DNA of 64,000 nucleotides from Fusobacterium ulcerans (GCF_003019675.1 NZ_CP028105.1:386282-450281), one strand, 5' to 3'; positions 41,330 to 49,846 are shown, counted from the stretch's first letter. Notes: generated by a model from the sequence alone, not told the origin. Numbers and translations: made by a program.

Positions 41330-41450
41330 TTTTATCATTTTATTTCATCTATTTTTAAGTCTTAATTTTCTTATAACTCCCTATTTTTTCTAGCTTTTAT
41401 AACCATTACACTTCAATTTTACCATTTATCATTTCACATATACCCCCACA
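41330..41450. promoter_or_regulatory. Left-end transposase-binding repeats (L1/L2-like) and phage terminus ...CCCACA
   Basis: Read inward from 41450: TGTGGGGGTATATGTGAAATGATAAATGG, and about 100 bp further in GATGAAATAAAATGATAAAAG. These are inverted copies of the right-end motif. Confidence 0.45.
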
Positions 41451-41455
41451 ACGGG
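41451..41455. repeat. 5-bp target-site duplication ACGGG (left prophage junction)
   Basis: Identical to 8430-8434. Confidence 0.6.
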
Positions 41456-41727
41456 ATTCCATCTGTTACTGCTGAACTTGGAGCATCTGCTCCATCCAAG
41501 TCACTTCCATTAACTGAATTTTTTCTCTCTTTAAGAGACCATAACCATTTTATTTCTTTGTCGTATATTGCTTTTTTCTCTAAAGGCTCTGAATATCCCA
41601 TCTCCCCTGTTAGAATCAATCCAATTGTAATTCCAATGGTTATATTCCTCCCTCTTTTTTTATTCCCACTTTTTACTGCTTTCATAATCTTTTCTATCAT
41701 CTTTCCCTCCCCAAAATATTCATTCAT
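41451..41727 (-). pseudogene. Autotransporter 5' fragment (extended signal peptide) separated from its body by the prophage
   Basis: MNEYFGEGKMIEKIMKAVKSGNKKRGRNITIGITIGLILTG... The frame ...TDGIPL then continues, across the TSD, into HHDPDSSGGYTAILKREW... at 8434 without shift or stop. The annotated 97-aa ORF ends at a stop that lies in phage DNA. Confidence 0.65.
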
Positions 41728-41806
41728 AACTTTACTAAATATGCCTCTCAGTGTAGAAATATCCTTGATTTATATGTTTTAACTTTATAAACTTTAGAGC
41801 ACTTTT

Positions 41807-41842
41807 CTACTGTTCGCATTTATATACTTTTGCGAACAGTAG
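41807..41842. promoter_or_regulatory. Perfect 12-bp inverted repeat operator upstream of the autotransporter
   Basis: CTACTGTTCGCA-tttatatacttt-TGCGAACAGTAG. The half-site TGTTCGC(A/G) recurs at about 41248 and 41977. Confidence 0.45.
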
Positions 41843-42108
41843 TCTGTTTATTAATTTTAGAGAATATTATTTAAATTAAGATATTGACTTTTTTATCGAA
41901 ATAATGTATCATCTACAATGTGAGTATATAGCAACAAATTACGAGTTAAAGAAAATTTTGGTATAACAAAAATAAAAGTGTTCGCGTTTGTATATAAAAG
42001 AGAACTCTTTTAAACTGTCTTTAAATTTGAAAGTCTCCAGTAAATCTATACTGAGGATTTTTTTATTTTATTCTTTTTTTATGAGAAAATTTTTTTGTAG
42101 ATTTAAAT

Positions 42109-42348
42109 TTATTCCAGTAAAAAAATTAGGCTCCTTGTGTAGATTAAAATACTTGTTCCCATTTTTCTGTGAAGAATGTCTCCCTCTTCCACTTTGTTGT
42201 AAATAGTATTTCTATGTTTTTTAAAATACTTTGCCACCTCATTTATTGTTGCCCATTCTCCCAGTTCTTTTACTATTTCATCTGCTAAAGTTTTATTCAT
42301 TGGGGATAGATTTCCAAGTTTTTTAAAAATATATTCCTCTCTCTCCAT
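42109..42348 (-). CDS. Excisionase-family HTH DNA-binding protein
   Basis: 79 aa with HTH (ATINEVAKYFKKHRNTIYNKVEEGDI). Confidence 0.4.
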   Translation of the reverse strand: MEREEYIFKKLGNLSPMNKTLADEIVKELGEWATINEVAKYFKKHRNTIYNKVEEGDILHRKMGTSILIYTRSLIFLLE

Positions 42349-42370
42349 ACATCAGTCTCCCTTTTTAGTT

Positions 42371-43189
42371 TTAATACATAAATTCAAAAAACTTCTGCTT
42401 TGTCATCCCTCTTTTGCTCTTCCCTGTTACCTGTACAGGAAAGCACATGTCAATTATCCTGTCTCTTATTCTGTTCTGTCCATGACTTGAAAACTTCTCG
42501 CTTATCTCGCACTTTTCCTCATCTTTGCTGAAATTCAAATTTGTAGATATTATCAAAGGTTTTTCACTTCTGTATCTTGCGTCTATGAGATTATATATCT
42601 TCTCTCCTCTCCATCCAGTTTGATTCTTGTCCAGTCCCTTTTCTCCACCAAAATCATCTATCACCAGAAGATCGCATTTTTCCACCTGTTCCAGAATGTC
42701 TCTTTCAGCTGCTCCCCACTCTATTGTGAGCTTATTGAGATATAGCCCCAGATTCATTACCAGTACTGTCTTTCCTCTCTCCATGAGGTAATTTGCTATA
42801 CAGGCAGTGGTGAAAGTCTTTCCTGTTCCCACCCCTCCATAGAACAGCAGTCCTTCCTGCTTCTCTTTTTTCATAAAGCTTTTTACATACTGCTGTGCCA
42901 GCTGCATTTGTTCGCACTTTATATCAGCATTTTCAAATCTGCTGTTTTGAAATTTCTTGTCTATTACAGAGATATCCTTGCATTTCTGCATTTTTTTCTC
43001 TATATTTTCTCTGGTTCTTTTTCTTTCCAACTCTTCCAGTTCTCTTTCTTTTTTCTTTTCCAGACAGTCGCATGTTGGAAGATACTCTAAATTTTTTCTA
43101 AAAGTTTCAGAAAGGTTTTTAAGATAATCACTCTCATTTTTCACATATTCTTTTCCGCAGTATTCACACTTCTTCATCTTCAATTCCAT
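42371..43189 (-). CDS. DnaC/IstB-like AAA+ helicase-loader ATPase
   Basis: 272 aa with Walker A GGVGTGKT, Walker B LLVIDDFG, and an N-terminal CxxC pair. Confidence 0.65.
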   Translation of the reverse strand: MELKMKKCEYCGKEYVKNESDYLKNLSETFRKNLEYLPTCDCLEKKKERELEELERKRTRENIEKKMQKCKDISVIDKKFQNSRFENADIKCEQMQLAQQYVKSFMKKEKQEGLLFYGGVGTGKTFTTACIANYLMERGKTVLVMNLGLYLNKLTIEWGAAERDILEQVEKCDLLVIDDFGGEKGLDKNQTGWRGEKIYNLIDARYRSEKPLIISTNLNFSKDEEKCEISEKFSSHGQNRIRDRIIDMCFPVQVTGKSKRGMTKQKFFEFMY

Positions 43190-44021
43190 CCTCTTTTGCT
43201 ATTTTATTTAAAAGCTCCTTGATAAAGTTCCCTGTAGAATCCTCATATACTGGTCTCACGAATTTTTTCTTAGGTTCCTTTTTCTCTTTGCTCTTTTTTT
43301 CTTTGTCTTTGAAGTTTCCATTCAAGGCTTTCTTTAAGTTCTCTATCTTGAATATGCTGTTGATGCTCATATTGTTTTTAACAAACTCTGACTTTGACAT
43401 CAATGTCAGTGCTTCAAAAAGTTTTACAGCGCCAAGTTCTCTCCACACTCCCAAGAGTACATAGTTGTCTGGGCGATAGTTATATTCTGGCAGATTCAGC
43501 TCCTTATATTTTTTTAATATGTCCTGTATCTCCATAGGTGCATCACTGAGTTTTTCTTTTTCCTGTTTTAGATTATCACTCACTTTTTCCTCTTCCCCTG
43601 TGTGTGTATTATTTATATCTTTTACTCTTTTAATATCTTCTAAATAAGAACTATCTTCTGATGGCTCTAAAAATTCAGTAATGGTTTTATCAGGAATGAT
43701 ATTTTCAGGAGTGAATATTAATCTTTTCCCTTTAAACTTTCCCTTGCTTCTTTCCTCCACCAGCTGTATCACTTTTAACTTTTCAAATATTTTTAATCCT
43801 TTAGGAATCCAATCCTTGCTTAAACTACTGTATTTGGCTATTGTCTGAGTGTAGTATTTGATATCTCTCCCATTAAAATCACTGTAGATTTCAGTAAGAG
43901 TTAAATACAGATTTCTAAGCTTGTCATGTTCCTTTCCATCATACTGACATCTCAATAATCGCAGTATCTTTTTTTCCTGCCAGCAGAATGGTTGATTCTT
44001 TGTGTTTCTTTTGTTCTCCAT
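43164..44021 (-). CDS. Putative replication initiation protein (DnaD-like / replisome organiser), Lys/Glu-rich C-terminus
   Basis: 285 aa, translationally coupled to the DnaC-like gene. The assignment rests on partnership and weak winged-helix similarity only. Confidence 0.35.
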   Translation of the reverse strand: MENKRNTKNQPFCWQEKKILRLLRCQYDGKEHDKLRNLYLTLTEIYSDFNGRDIKYYTQTIAKYSSLSKDWIPKGLKIFEKLKVIQLVEERSKGKFKGKRLIFTPENIIPDKTITEFLEPSEDSSYLEDIKRVKDINNTHTGEEEKVSDNLKQEKEKLSDAPMEIQDILKKYKELNLPEYNYRPDNYVLLGVWRELGAVKLFEALTLMSKSEFVKNNMSINSIFKIENLKKALNGNFKDKEKKSKEKKEPKKKFVRPVYEDSTGNFIKELLNKIAKEDGIEDEEV

Positions 44022-44346
44022 TGTTCACTTCTTTAATTTCATAGTAATATATACTAACTTTTTTATATTTAATACCTTTTTTTTAATATTTTTTAAAGCT
44101 ATTTAAAATTTTCATAAATATAACGATTCATATACTAGCATAACATTCTATTTTTGTATATCAAAAAAATAAAATCTGAAATAAAGACACAAATAAAAAA
44201 AATTCTGAAATTCTTCTAACATCGCTCTTAATCAATTTATTCTTTTAGTGTTTTTCAAGGCATTTTTTTAATAAATTTTTTTTGTTTTTTTCATTTCAAA
44301 AAGTTCATCATTTTCATCACAATTTCAAGAAATAAACCACCAAAAC

Positions 44347-44400
44347 AAAAAATCACCCACAAGGTAAAATAACCTCACGGGTGATGATTTTTTTATTAAA
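44347..44400. repeat. Palindromic terminator-like element, copy 1 (ATCACCCACAAGGTAAA...GGGTGAT plus T-run)
   Basis: Related copies lie at 44898-44953 and 54215-54275. Confidence 0.4.
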
Positions 44401-44463
44401 ATAAGTTTTTTTGTGTGTAGATTTAGTCGTAGATAGATTATTTAAACAAGGGCTACTTCAATA

Positions 44464-44626
44464 ATTTAAATTCCACTTATGTGGATTTAGTCCATGTTAT
44501 CTTCTTTGATAACTGTCGAAGCTTTTGAATCGTTTAAATTCCACTTACGTGGATTTAGTCATAAGCGAAAAAGCTTTAGAAGTAACGGGGATGACATGTT
44601 TAAATTCCACTTACGTGGATTTAGTC
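44464..44626 (-). CRISPR. CRISPR mini-array 1: 3 repeats (29 nt) and 2 spacers (39 and 37 nt)
   Basis: Repeats at 44464-44492 (degenerate), 44532-44560 and 44598-44626 (GTTTAAATTCCACTTACGTGGATTTAGTC). The conserved leader-like flank is on the high-coordinate side, so the array is transcribed on the minus strand. Confidence 0.8.
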
Positions 44627-45030
44627 TCGTTAGGTTTTTTTCCCTTATTTTTCAATGCTTTCTCTACTGGTTTTTGTCTATCTCCCTTTATTTTCTATTT
44701 TTTCTTTTGGCTTTATTTTATTAGTTCTAAACCTTTCATATTTTCCAGCTTCTTTTTTTGTCAATCTGTTATAATTTTTAGAGCATTATAGACTGACAAT
44801 CTTCTATGCTAACTATTATACCACATTCATTTAATATCATTATATTATTTCTCTCTATCCCTATAAATATTTTCTACAAAATTTTCATATATTTACCCAA
44901 AATCATCTACAAGGTAAATTTCCCTCATGAGTGACGACTTTTTACTAAAATAGATTTTCTTATCTATGTTGTTTTAAAACAAAAAGGAGATATCTAGTTG
45001 TGACAGATACCTCTCCACTTGATACTATTC
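44627..45030 (-). promoter_or_regulatory. Leader-like conserved flank of array 1 (homologous to the flanks of arrays 2 and 3)
   Basis: About 80 nt are shared by all three arrays and a further ~250 nt by arrays 1 and 3. It ends in a GGAGATATCT...CAGATA hairpin. Copy 1 also carries an insertion of the 55-nt palindromic element (44898-44953). Confidence 0.45.
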
Positions 45031-45108
45031 TAATTTAAATTACTTTACTGTGTCTTTATTATATAAAGAGTCTATTTATAAATAAAGGAGATGAAATAAA
45101 CTTTTTAT

Positions 45109-45609
45109 CTAATTTGTCTTTTTATATTCTTTTGCTATTTTTTCCAACAAAATAAAATCACAGCATCTACTCCAAAAATGGCTTTTTTCTCTTTTTGATG
45201 TTATTTCTTTATACAATCTTTCAGCTGTTCTATAAATTTTTTCTTTGTTAGAACTTACATTACACCAAGAAATCTGATTTATTAATAGGTTCTTATATTT
45301 AATATCCATTTCTAAATTTATATCTTTTTCAAAATGCAATTCTTTTGGAACTGGAAACATATTATTGAAATTTATAGCTCCTAATAATCCGTTATCTATT
45401 TTAAGAAAATCTATATTATTTTTCATTTTTTTATGTTTTTCTTTTGGTGAAGTTAAAGGAATTATGTAATCAAGATTATCTATTTTAAGAACTATTCCAA
45501 TAAATTTTCTATTTGATTTAGAATTGATGCTATCCATTATTTTTTTTTCAACTTTTTGAATATATTCCATATAATCCAAATCTACTTCATAAAATCTTAA
45601 TCTTTCCAT
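45109..45609 (-). CDS. toxN: Type III toxin-antitoxin toxin, ToxN/AbiQ-family endoribonuclease
   Basis: 166 aa from ATG 45609, preceded by an AAGGAG RBS; the ORF-track start at 45708 is an artefact running into the repeats. ToxN hallmarks are present: FYEV..Y.EYI, FIGIVLKI....YIIPLTSPKEKH, NFNNMFPVP, AERLYK. Confidence 0.8.
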   Translation of the reverse strand: MERLRFYEVDLDYMEYIQKVEKKIMDSINSKSNRKFIGIVLKIDNLDYIIPLTSPKEKHKKMKNNIDFLKIDNGLLGAINFNNMFPVPKELHFEKDINLEMDIKYKNLLINQISWCNVSSNKEKIYRTAERLYKEITSKREKSHFWSRCCDFILLEKIAKEYKKTN

Positions 45610-45626
45610 AAAATTTCTCCTTAAAA

Positions 45627-45658
45627 AAAGAAGAGTGATAAAACACTCTTCTTTATAC
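45627..45658 (-). terminator. Intrinsic terminator between the ToxI repeats and toxN
   Basis: AAGAAGAGTG-ataaaa-CACTCTTCTT hairpin followed by a T-run on the minus strand. ToxIN/AbiQ loci have a terminator at this position. Confidence 0.6.
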
Positions 45659-45763
45659 TTTTTTAACTCCCACTCGATGGTAGGGTACACCGCTTTTTTA
45701 ACTCCCACTTGATGGTAGGGTACACCGCTTTTTTAACTCCCACTTGATGGTAGGGTACACCGC
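45659..45763 (-). ncRNA. toxI: ToxI-like antitoxin RNA: three tandem 35-nt repeats
   Basis: TTTTTTAACTCCCACT(C/T)GATGGTAGGGTACACCGC x3 at 45659-45693, 45694-45728 and 45729-45763. The repeats lie immediately upstream of toxN on the same strand. Confidence 0.75.
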
Positions 45764-45860
45764 TTTTTCTTAATTTATTATATCATTTTAATCCAAAACT
45801 GTCAATTTAGTTAATTTCTCTATTTCACTATATCCTACTTTAATCTTTTATTTTCTTAGT

Positions 45861-46021
45861 TAACTATTCCACATTATGTGGATTTAGTCAGGAACTTATG
45901 AATTATAGACTTGAACAACTTAAAGAGTTTAAATTCCACTTATGTGGATTTAGTCCAAAGTGAATCAGGAATGAAAATAAAAAATGATAATAGTTTAAAT
46001 TCCACTTATGTGGATTTAGTC
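45861..46021 (-). CRISPR. CRISPR mini-array 2: 3 repeats and 2 spacers (37 nt each)
   Basis: Repeats at about 45861-45889 (degenerate, with an indel), 45927-45955 and 45993-46021 (GTTTAAATTCCACTTATGTGGATTTAGTC). The downstream flank CCTGTTAGGTTTTTCACCCTTATTTTTCAATG is conserved. Confidence 0.75.
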
Positions 46022-46195
46022 CCTGTTAGGTTTTTCACCCTTATTTTTCAATGCCTTCTCTACTGGTTTTTGTCTATTTCCCTTTATTTTCTATTTTTTC
46101 TTTAAATTATTTTTCCTCTTTTTCTTTTTATCCCTCTTATTCTATTATTTCTCCTTTGTCTATCTCCAGCATTTTTTTCACTATTGGTTAGTGAC

Positions 46196-46266
46196 AAAAA
46201 AAACTGACTATCCAAAGACAATCAGTTTAAGCAGGATATCTTATTTACTCATACTGATATCCTGCT
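46196..46266 (-). terminator. Tandem hairpins plus T-run terminating cas13
   Basis: AGCAGGATATC...GATATCCTGCT 11-bp stem, then AAACTGA...TCAGTTT, followed by T8 on the minus strand. Confidence 0.5.
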
Positions 46267-46302
46267 AAGATTACCCTATATTTATTAAAAAATTATAAGA
46301 TT

Positions 46303-49300
46303 TTAATAGATAATTTTTACATTAAAACAGTAGTGATTATTTAACATAAGTTTATTTTCTTTATTTTTTTCAGTTTTAAATTCTTTTCCCTCTAGTTTTT
46401 TTGCTGGAATTACTTTTAATTCATTAGTTTCAGTTATTTCTAAAGTATAGTATTCAGTAACATATTTTTTATTATTATCCTCAAAAAAATATTCTTCCTT
46501 TGAATTATTTCTTTTTACTAATATTTCTTTTGATATATTTTCAGGAACTGCTTTTGAAGTATCATATACTGTTACATATATTCTTTTTTCTTCATCATGT
46601 TTAAATATTAAAATTAACTTTTCTTTTAATTTTTTTACTACTTCTGCTTTATACATTCCCATAATATCTGAACTATCTTTAAGTAATTTTCTTTTTATAT
46701 TCTCTATTCTTTTTTCTTCATCTTTTACTTTACTATTAACTTTATTATTTTTTACTTTATATAGTCCAATTTTTTTCAGAAAAGCACTATCCTCTAAAAG
46801 TGAAGAAGAATTTGCTCTTTCTCTTAAATTATTTGATGTTTCATAAAACTCACTCAAATTATCACAATTTAGTTCATAGGTTTCTTTAAGTTTTTTATTA
46901 TTCTTCTCTTTTCTTTCTCTTTCAGTTGTTATACTATCTGAGTTTCCTTCTTTTACTTGTTTTATTTGTCCAAACATAAATTGCTCTTTTTTCATAAAAA
47001 AATCATTGATAAAATTAAAACCTAGCTCTACTTTATCTAATTCATTTTCTTTAATAAAGTTTATTACTTTTCTAATTTTTTCATTTAAAGTTGCTTCTTT
47101 ATTTTTTTCACTAATTTCTGTTTTTAAGATTTCTTCTATTATTTCCTTATAATTTAAATGACAAATTCCATTTCTAAGATTGCTTATTTCATTTAATTTT
47201 TCCAATTCTTCTTTTGTTTTTGTTTTAATTTCTTCTTTTTCTGGAGTCAGTAAATGTAGCCTCAAATATTTTGCTTCTAAATTTTCCCAGATTTTCCGAT
47301 ACTCTTCTTCAGTGCTTGAATTATTATTTTGCTTTATTACATAAAGAAATTCTCGAAAATTAATATTTTTATTACCATAGCTTTTTAAATCCCTCAATAT
47401 TTTATCCAGATCAGATGATATATTAAATAAGCCATGTATTTCTAAATCGTTGTACAATCTAAAAATAATCTGATAATATTTAAAAATTGTAAGAATTATA
47501 TTTTTATTAAATATTCCTATTTCGTCAGTCCCTTTTTCATATTCAAAATAAGGTACATCTAATTCCAATAATCTAAAATATCTTTTTATTTCATCTGATG
47601 TTAAAATAGAATATTTTATTATTTCATATCTTTTTGTATTTTTTTCAAATAAACGAATTTTATGGAAAAAACTATCTCCAATCATTTTATCTAACTGTAC
47701 TTGAGATAATTCTTTTTCACTTTCATCTGTAAAATCTACATTCTTTATATCATAGTAATGTTTCTTCACAACTCCTAAAAAATCTCCTTTAAATTCCATA
47801 GGCAGTAGTAAATAGGTTAAAATATAGAATTTAAATAAATTGTTTTCTGAAGTATTTTCCAACCATTCCTCATTATGTGTATCTTTATTTTCAAATATTT
47901 CTTCAAATGGAAATTCATAATTTTTTTGAGCTTCTTTGTCTTTATAATACTTTAAATATTTAACACCTTTTTTTAAATATTTTTGAACTTCCTCCATTTT
48001 AGAACAATCAAATTCATCTTTAAATTTAGCAATATTTCCTCCAAATTCTATTTCTAAAAAGGCATATGCTATCTGCATTTTATATTTCAATCTAAACAAA
48101 GAATTACTTTTAGTAATTTCTTCCATCTCTTTTTTTATTCTTAAAAGTTCTACATTAATAGCAGTTATTACTTCTTTATCTTTTATTTCATTTATTTGTT
48201 TATTATATTCTTCTATTAAACTTTTTCTTTTATTGTACAATTTTTTATATGTAGTTGAAGTATGAATATCCCATACATAAGCACAGTTCAGTCTTTGATA
48301 GTGCTGCTCCATTTTCTCTAATTCTTTTTCCAATTTTTTAGATTTTTTTATATTTCTTTCTAATCTTTTCTTAGCATTTACAAAATGTTCATCAATAAGT
48401 TTTTTAAACTCAAGATTTTCTGTTCCATCTTGAACAAAAAAGCTGTTTATAAAATTATTAAAGCCATTCTTTTGCTCAGCTAAAAGGTTATAATGACCAA
48501 GAACCTCTTTAGCTTTTATATTTTTTCCTATAATATTAAATTCTTCCCTACCTTCTAAATAATTAGTCTTATTTTCAATTTTCATCTGTCTTAATAGAGT
48601 AAGGTTTTTAAATAGGTTCAAATTTAATAATTCAGCTAATTCTTCATTTTTTTTGTTTTCAAATAAATTTTCAAAGTATTTATATTCATAGTGCATTAAT
48701 GAATGTCTTAAATCAGAAAATATCTTTATTATTTTTATGACGTCTGCTTTAATCTCTTCATCAGTTAAAATCTTTAATTTTTGAGACTTTAATTTATTCA
48801 ATTCTTCTAATTTTTTATTTTTTTCACTTTCTTCTTTTTTTTCAGAATATTTTAACAATTCCTTCTTATCAATAATATTATCTATTCTGTTATTATAATT
48901 TTCAATCTCTTTAGTAAAATACTCTTTAATTTGTGCAACTAATATATTGTAGTTCTCATCAAAGTCTATCTTTTTATTATTTCCTTTATTTTCCATTTTC
49001 CATATTTCATTTATTTTTTCACCTTTTTTATTTTTTAAGTTTTTACATAAAAAATCATTTATCAAAGCAAAAAACAGTAACATATTAGAACGATAGCTCA
49101 AAAATCTCTTTACTTTATAGATTTTTACAGCATCTATTTCTTCAACTGGACACTGTGCTATTTGAGCATAGTTATGACAAATAGATTCTGCTATAAGTTT
49201 TCTTTCAGTTTTTGATGCTTTTCTTCTAGGATTTCTTATTCCTTCTCTCGCTATGTCATCTTCTAATAAGTCTTCTATGGCAGCTGTAATCATATTTCCA

Positions 49301-49656
49301 GTTTTACATTTTTCATCTATTTCTAAAGTTATTTTATATTTTCTTATTTCTTTAAATTTTTCTGGAGCTGCATTATCTATTTTAGTTATAACAACACTAT
49401 TAGATGGAGCAGAGAATTTCTCTTTTCCATCATATGTAAAGCTATATCTATTCTTTTCTCTGGCTTTAACTCTAAATTCACTAATTAATATAGAGTTATT
49501 ACCTTTATCAAGAGTAGTCTGTAGAATAAAAGTATCCAGTTGTGCTTGTTTTCTATAACGAACTTTTATCTCTTTTATTCCTTTTGTGTCATAGTTAGAA
49601 ATTATAATTCTAACTATTGAACCTCTATTGGGTTTAGTTTTATTTTTATTTTCCAT
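46303..49656 (-). CDS. cas13c: Type VI CRISPR effector Cas13 (Cas13c-like), dual-HEPN RNA-guided RNase
   Basis: About 1117 aa from ATG 49656 with a GAGGAA RBS; the ORF track starts at GTG 49668. Two R-X4-H HEPN motifs are present (DLRHSLMHY at about aa 310; NLRNGICHLNY at about aa 885). It is flanked on both sides by CRISPR arrays on the same strand, with no cas1/cas2 nearby. The size matches the Fusobacterium Cas13c class. Confidence 0.75.
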   Translation of the reverse strand: MENKNKTKPNRGSIVRIIISNYDTKGIKEIKVRYRKQAQLDTFILQTTLDKGNNSILISEFRVKAREKNRYSFTYDGKEKFSAPSNSVVITKIDNAAPEKFKEIRKYKITLEIDEKCKTGNMITAAIEDLLEDDIAREGIRNPRRKASKTERKLIAESICHNYAQIAQCPVEEIDAVKIYKVKRFLSYRSNMLLFFALINDFLCKNLKNKKGEKINEIWKMENKGNNKKIDFDENYNILVAQIKEYFTKEIENYNNRIDNIIDKKELLKYSEKKEESEKNKKLEELNKLKSQKLKILTDEEIKADVIKIIKIFSDLRHSLMHYEYKYFENLFENKKNEELAELLNLNLFKNLTLLRQMKIENKTNYLEGREEFNIIGKNIKAKEVLGHYNLLAEQKNGFNNFINSFFVQDGTENLEFKKLIDEHFVNAKKRLERNIKKSKKLEKELEKMEQHYQRLNCAYVWDIHTSTTYKKLYNKRKSLIEEYNKQINEIKDKEVITAINVELLRIKKEMEEITKSNSLFRLKYKMQIAYAFLEIEFGGNIAKFKDEFDCSKMEEVQKYLKKGVKYLKYYKDKEAQKNYEFPFEEIFENKDTHNEEWLENTSENNLFKFYILTYLLLPMEFKGDFLGVVKKHYYDIKNVDFTDESEKELSQVQLDKMIGDSFFHKIRLFEKNTKRYEIIKYSILTSDEIKRYFRLLELDVPYFEYEKGTDEIGIFNKNIILTIFKYYQIIFRLYNDLEIHGLFNISSDLDKILRDLKSYGNKNINFREFLYVIKQNNNSSTEEEYRKIWENLEAKYLRLHLLTPEKEEIKTKTKEELEKLNEISNLRNGICHLNYKEIIEEILKTEISEKNKEATLNEKIRKVINFIKENELDKVELGFNFINDFFMKKEQFMFGQIKQVKEGNSDSITTERERKEKNNKKLKETYELNCDNLSEFYETSNNLRERANSSSLLEDSAFLKKIGLYKVKNNKVNSKVKDEEKRIENIKRKLLKDSSDIMGMYKAEVVKKLKEKLILIFKHDEEKRIYVTVYDTSKAVPENISKEILVKRNNSKEEYFFEDNNKKYVTEYYTLEITETNELKVIPAKKLEGKEFKTEKNKENKLMLNNHYCFNVKIIY

Positions 49657-49686
49657 AAAATTCCTCACTTTATATTAATTTAAATA

Positions 49687-49846
49687 TTTTAAATCCACTT
49701 ACATGGATTTAGTCGGAAGTAGAAAAAATACAAAAAATGATTGAATATAGTGTTTAAATTCCACTTACATGGATTTAGTCTCCAATTGGAACAGATTCTT
49801 GAACCACTGTTGTTTTAGTTTAAATTCCACTTACATGGATTTAGTC
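49687..49846 (-). CRISPR. CRISPR mini-array 3: 3 repeats and 2 spacers (37 nt each)
   Basis: Repeats at 49687-49714 (degenerate), 49752-49780 and 49818-49846 (GTTTAAATTCCACTTACATGGATTTAGTC). The conserved leader-like flank 49847-50172 sits directly upstream of cas13 on the minus strand. Confidence 0.8.

Larger units (their letters stand above)
8435..41450 (-). mobile_element. Mu-like transposable prophage (~33.0 kb), 5'-TG...CA-3' termini
   Basis: Contains MuA-like DDE transposase, MuB-like ATPase, GemA-like protein, c-type repressor, and a full head/tail/lysis module. Terminal regions carry inverted copies of a GAAATGATAAA-type motif. It is flanked by a 5-bp direct repeat, and the flanking host gene re-joins in frame. 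Confidence 0.75.

Noticed and set aside
42371-43189. DnaC-like ATPase as IstB of an IS21-family insertion sequence
   Set aside because: There is no IstA DDE transposase and no terminal inverted repeats nearby. The upstream partner looks like a replication initiator instead.
44401-44429. Possible fourth, degenerate CRISPR repeat (TGTGTAGATTTAGTC) upstream of array 1
   Set aside because: Only the 3' 10 nt resemble the repeat, which is too weak to call.
44561-44597. Spacer 1b sharing GTAACGGG with the prophage right junction (GTAACGGGTG)
   Set aside because: Only 8 nt are identical, which fits chance in a 64-kb window.
45610-45708. ORF-track start of the 199-aa protein at 45708
   Set aside because: The first 33 codons run through the terminator hairpin and into the 35-nt ToxI repeats. 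An ATG with an AAGGAG RBS lies at 45609, so the real toxN start is 45609.
46303-49668. Assignment of the effector to Cas13a, Cas13b or Cas13d
   Set aside because: At about 1117 aa it is too small for Cas13a and too large for Cas13d. The HEPN motifs are not at the extreme termini as in Cas13b. There is no Csx27/Csx28 or WYL accessory gene. The Fusobacterium-like context favours Cas13c, but this remains an inference.
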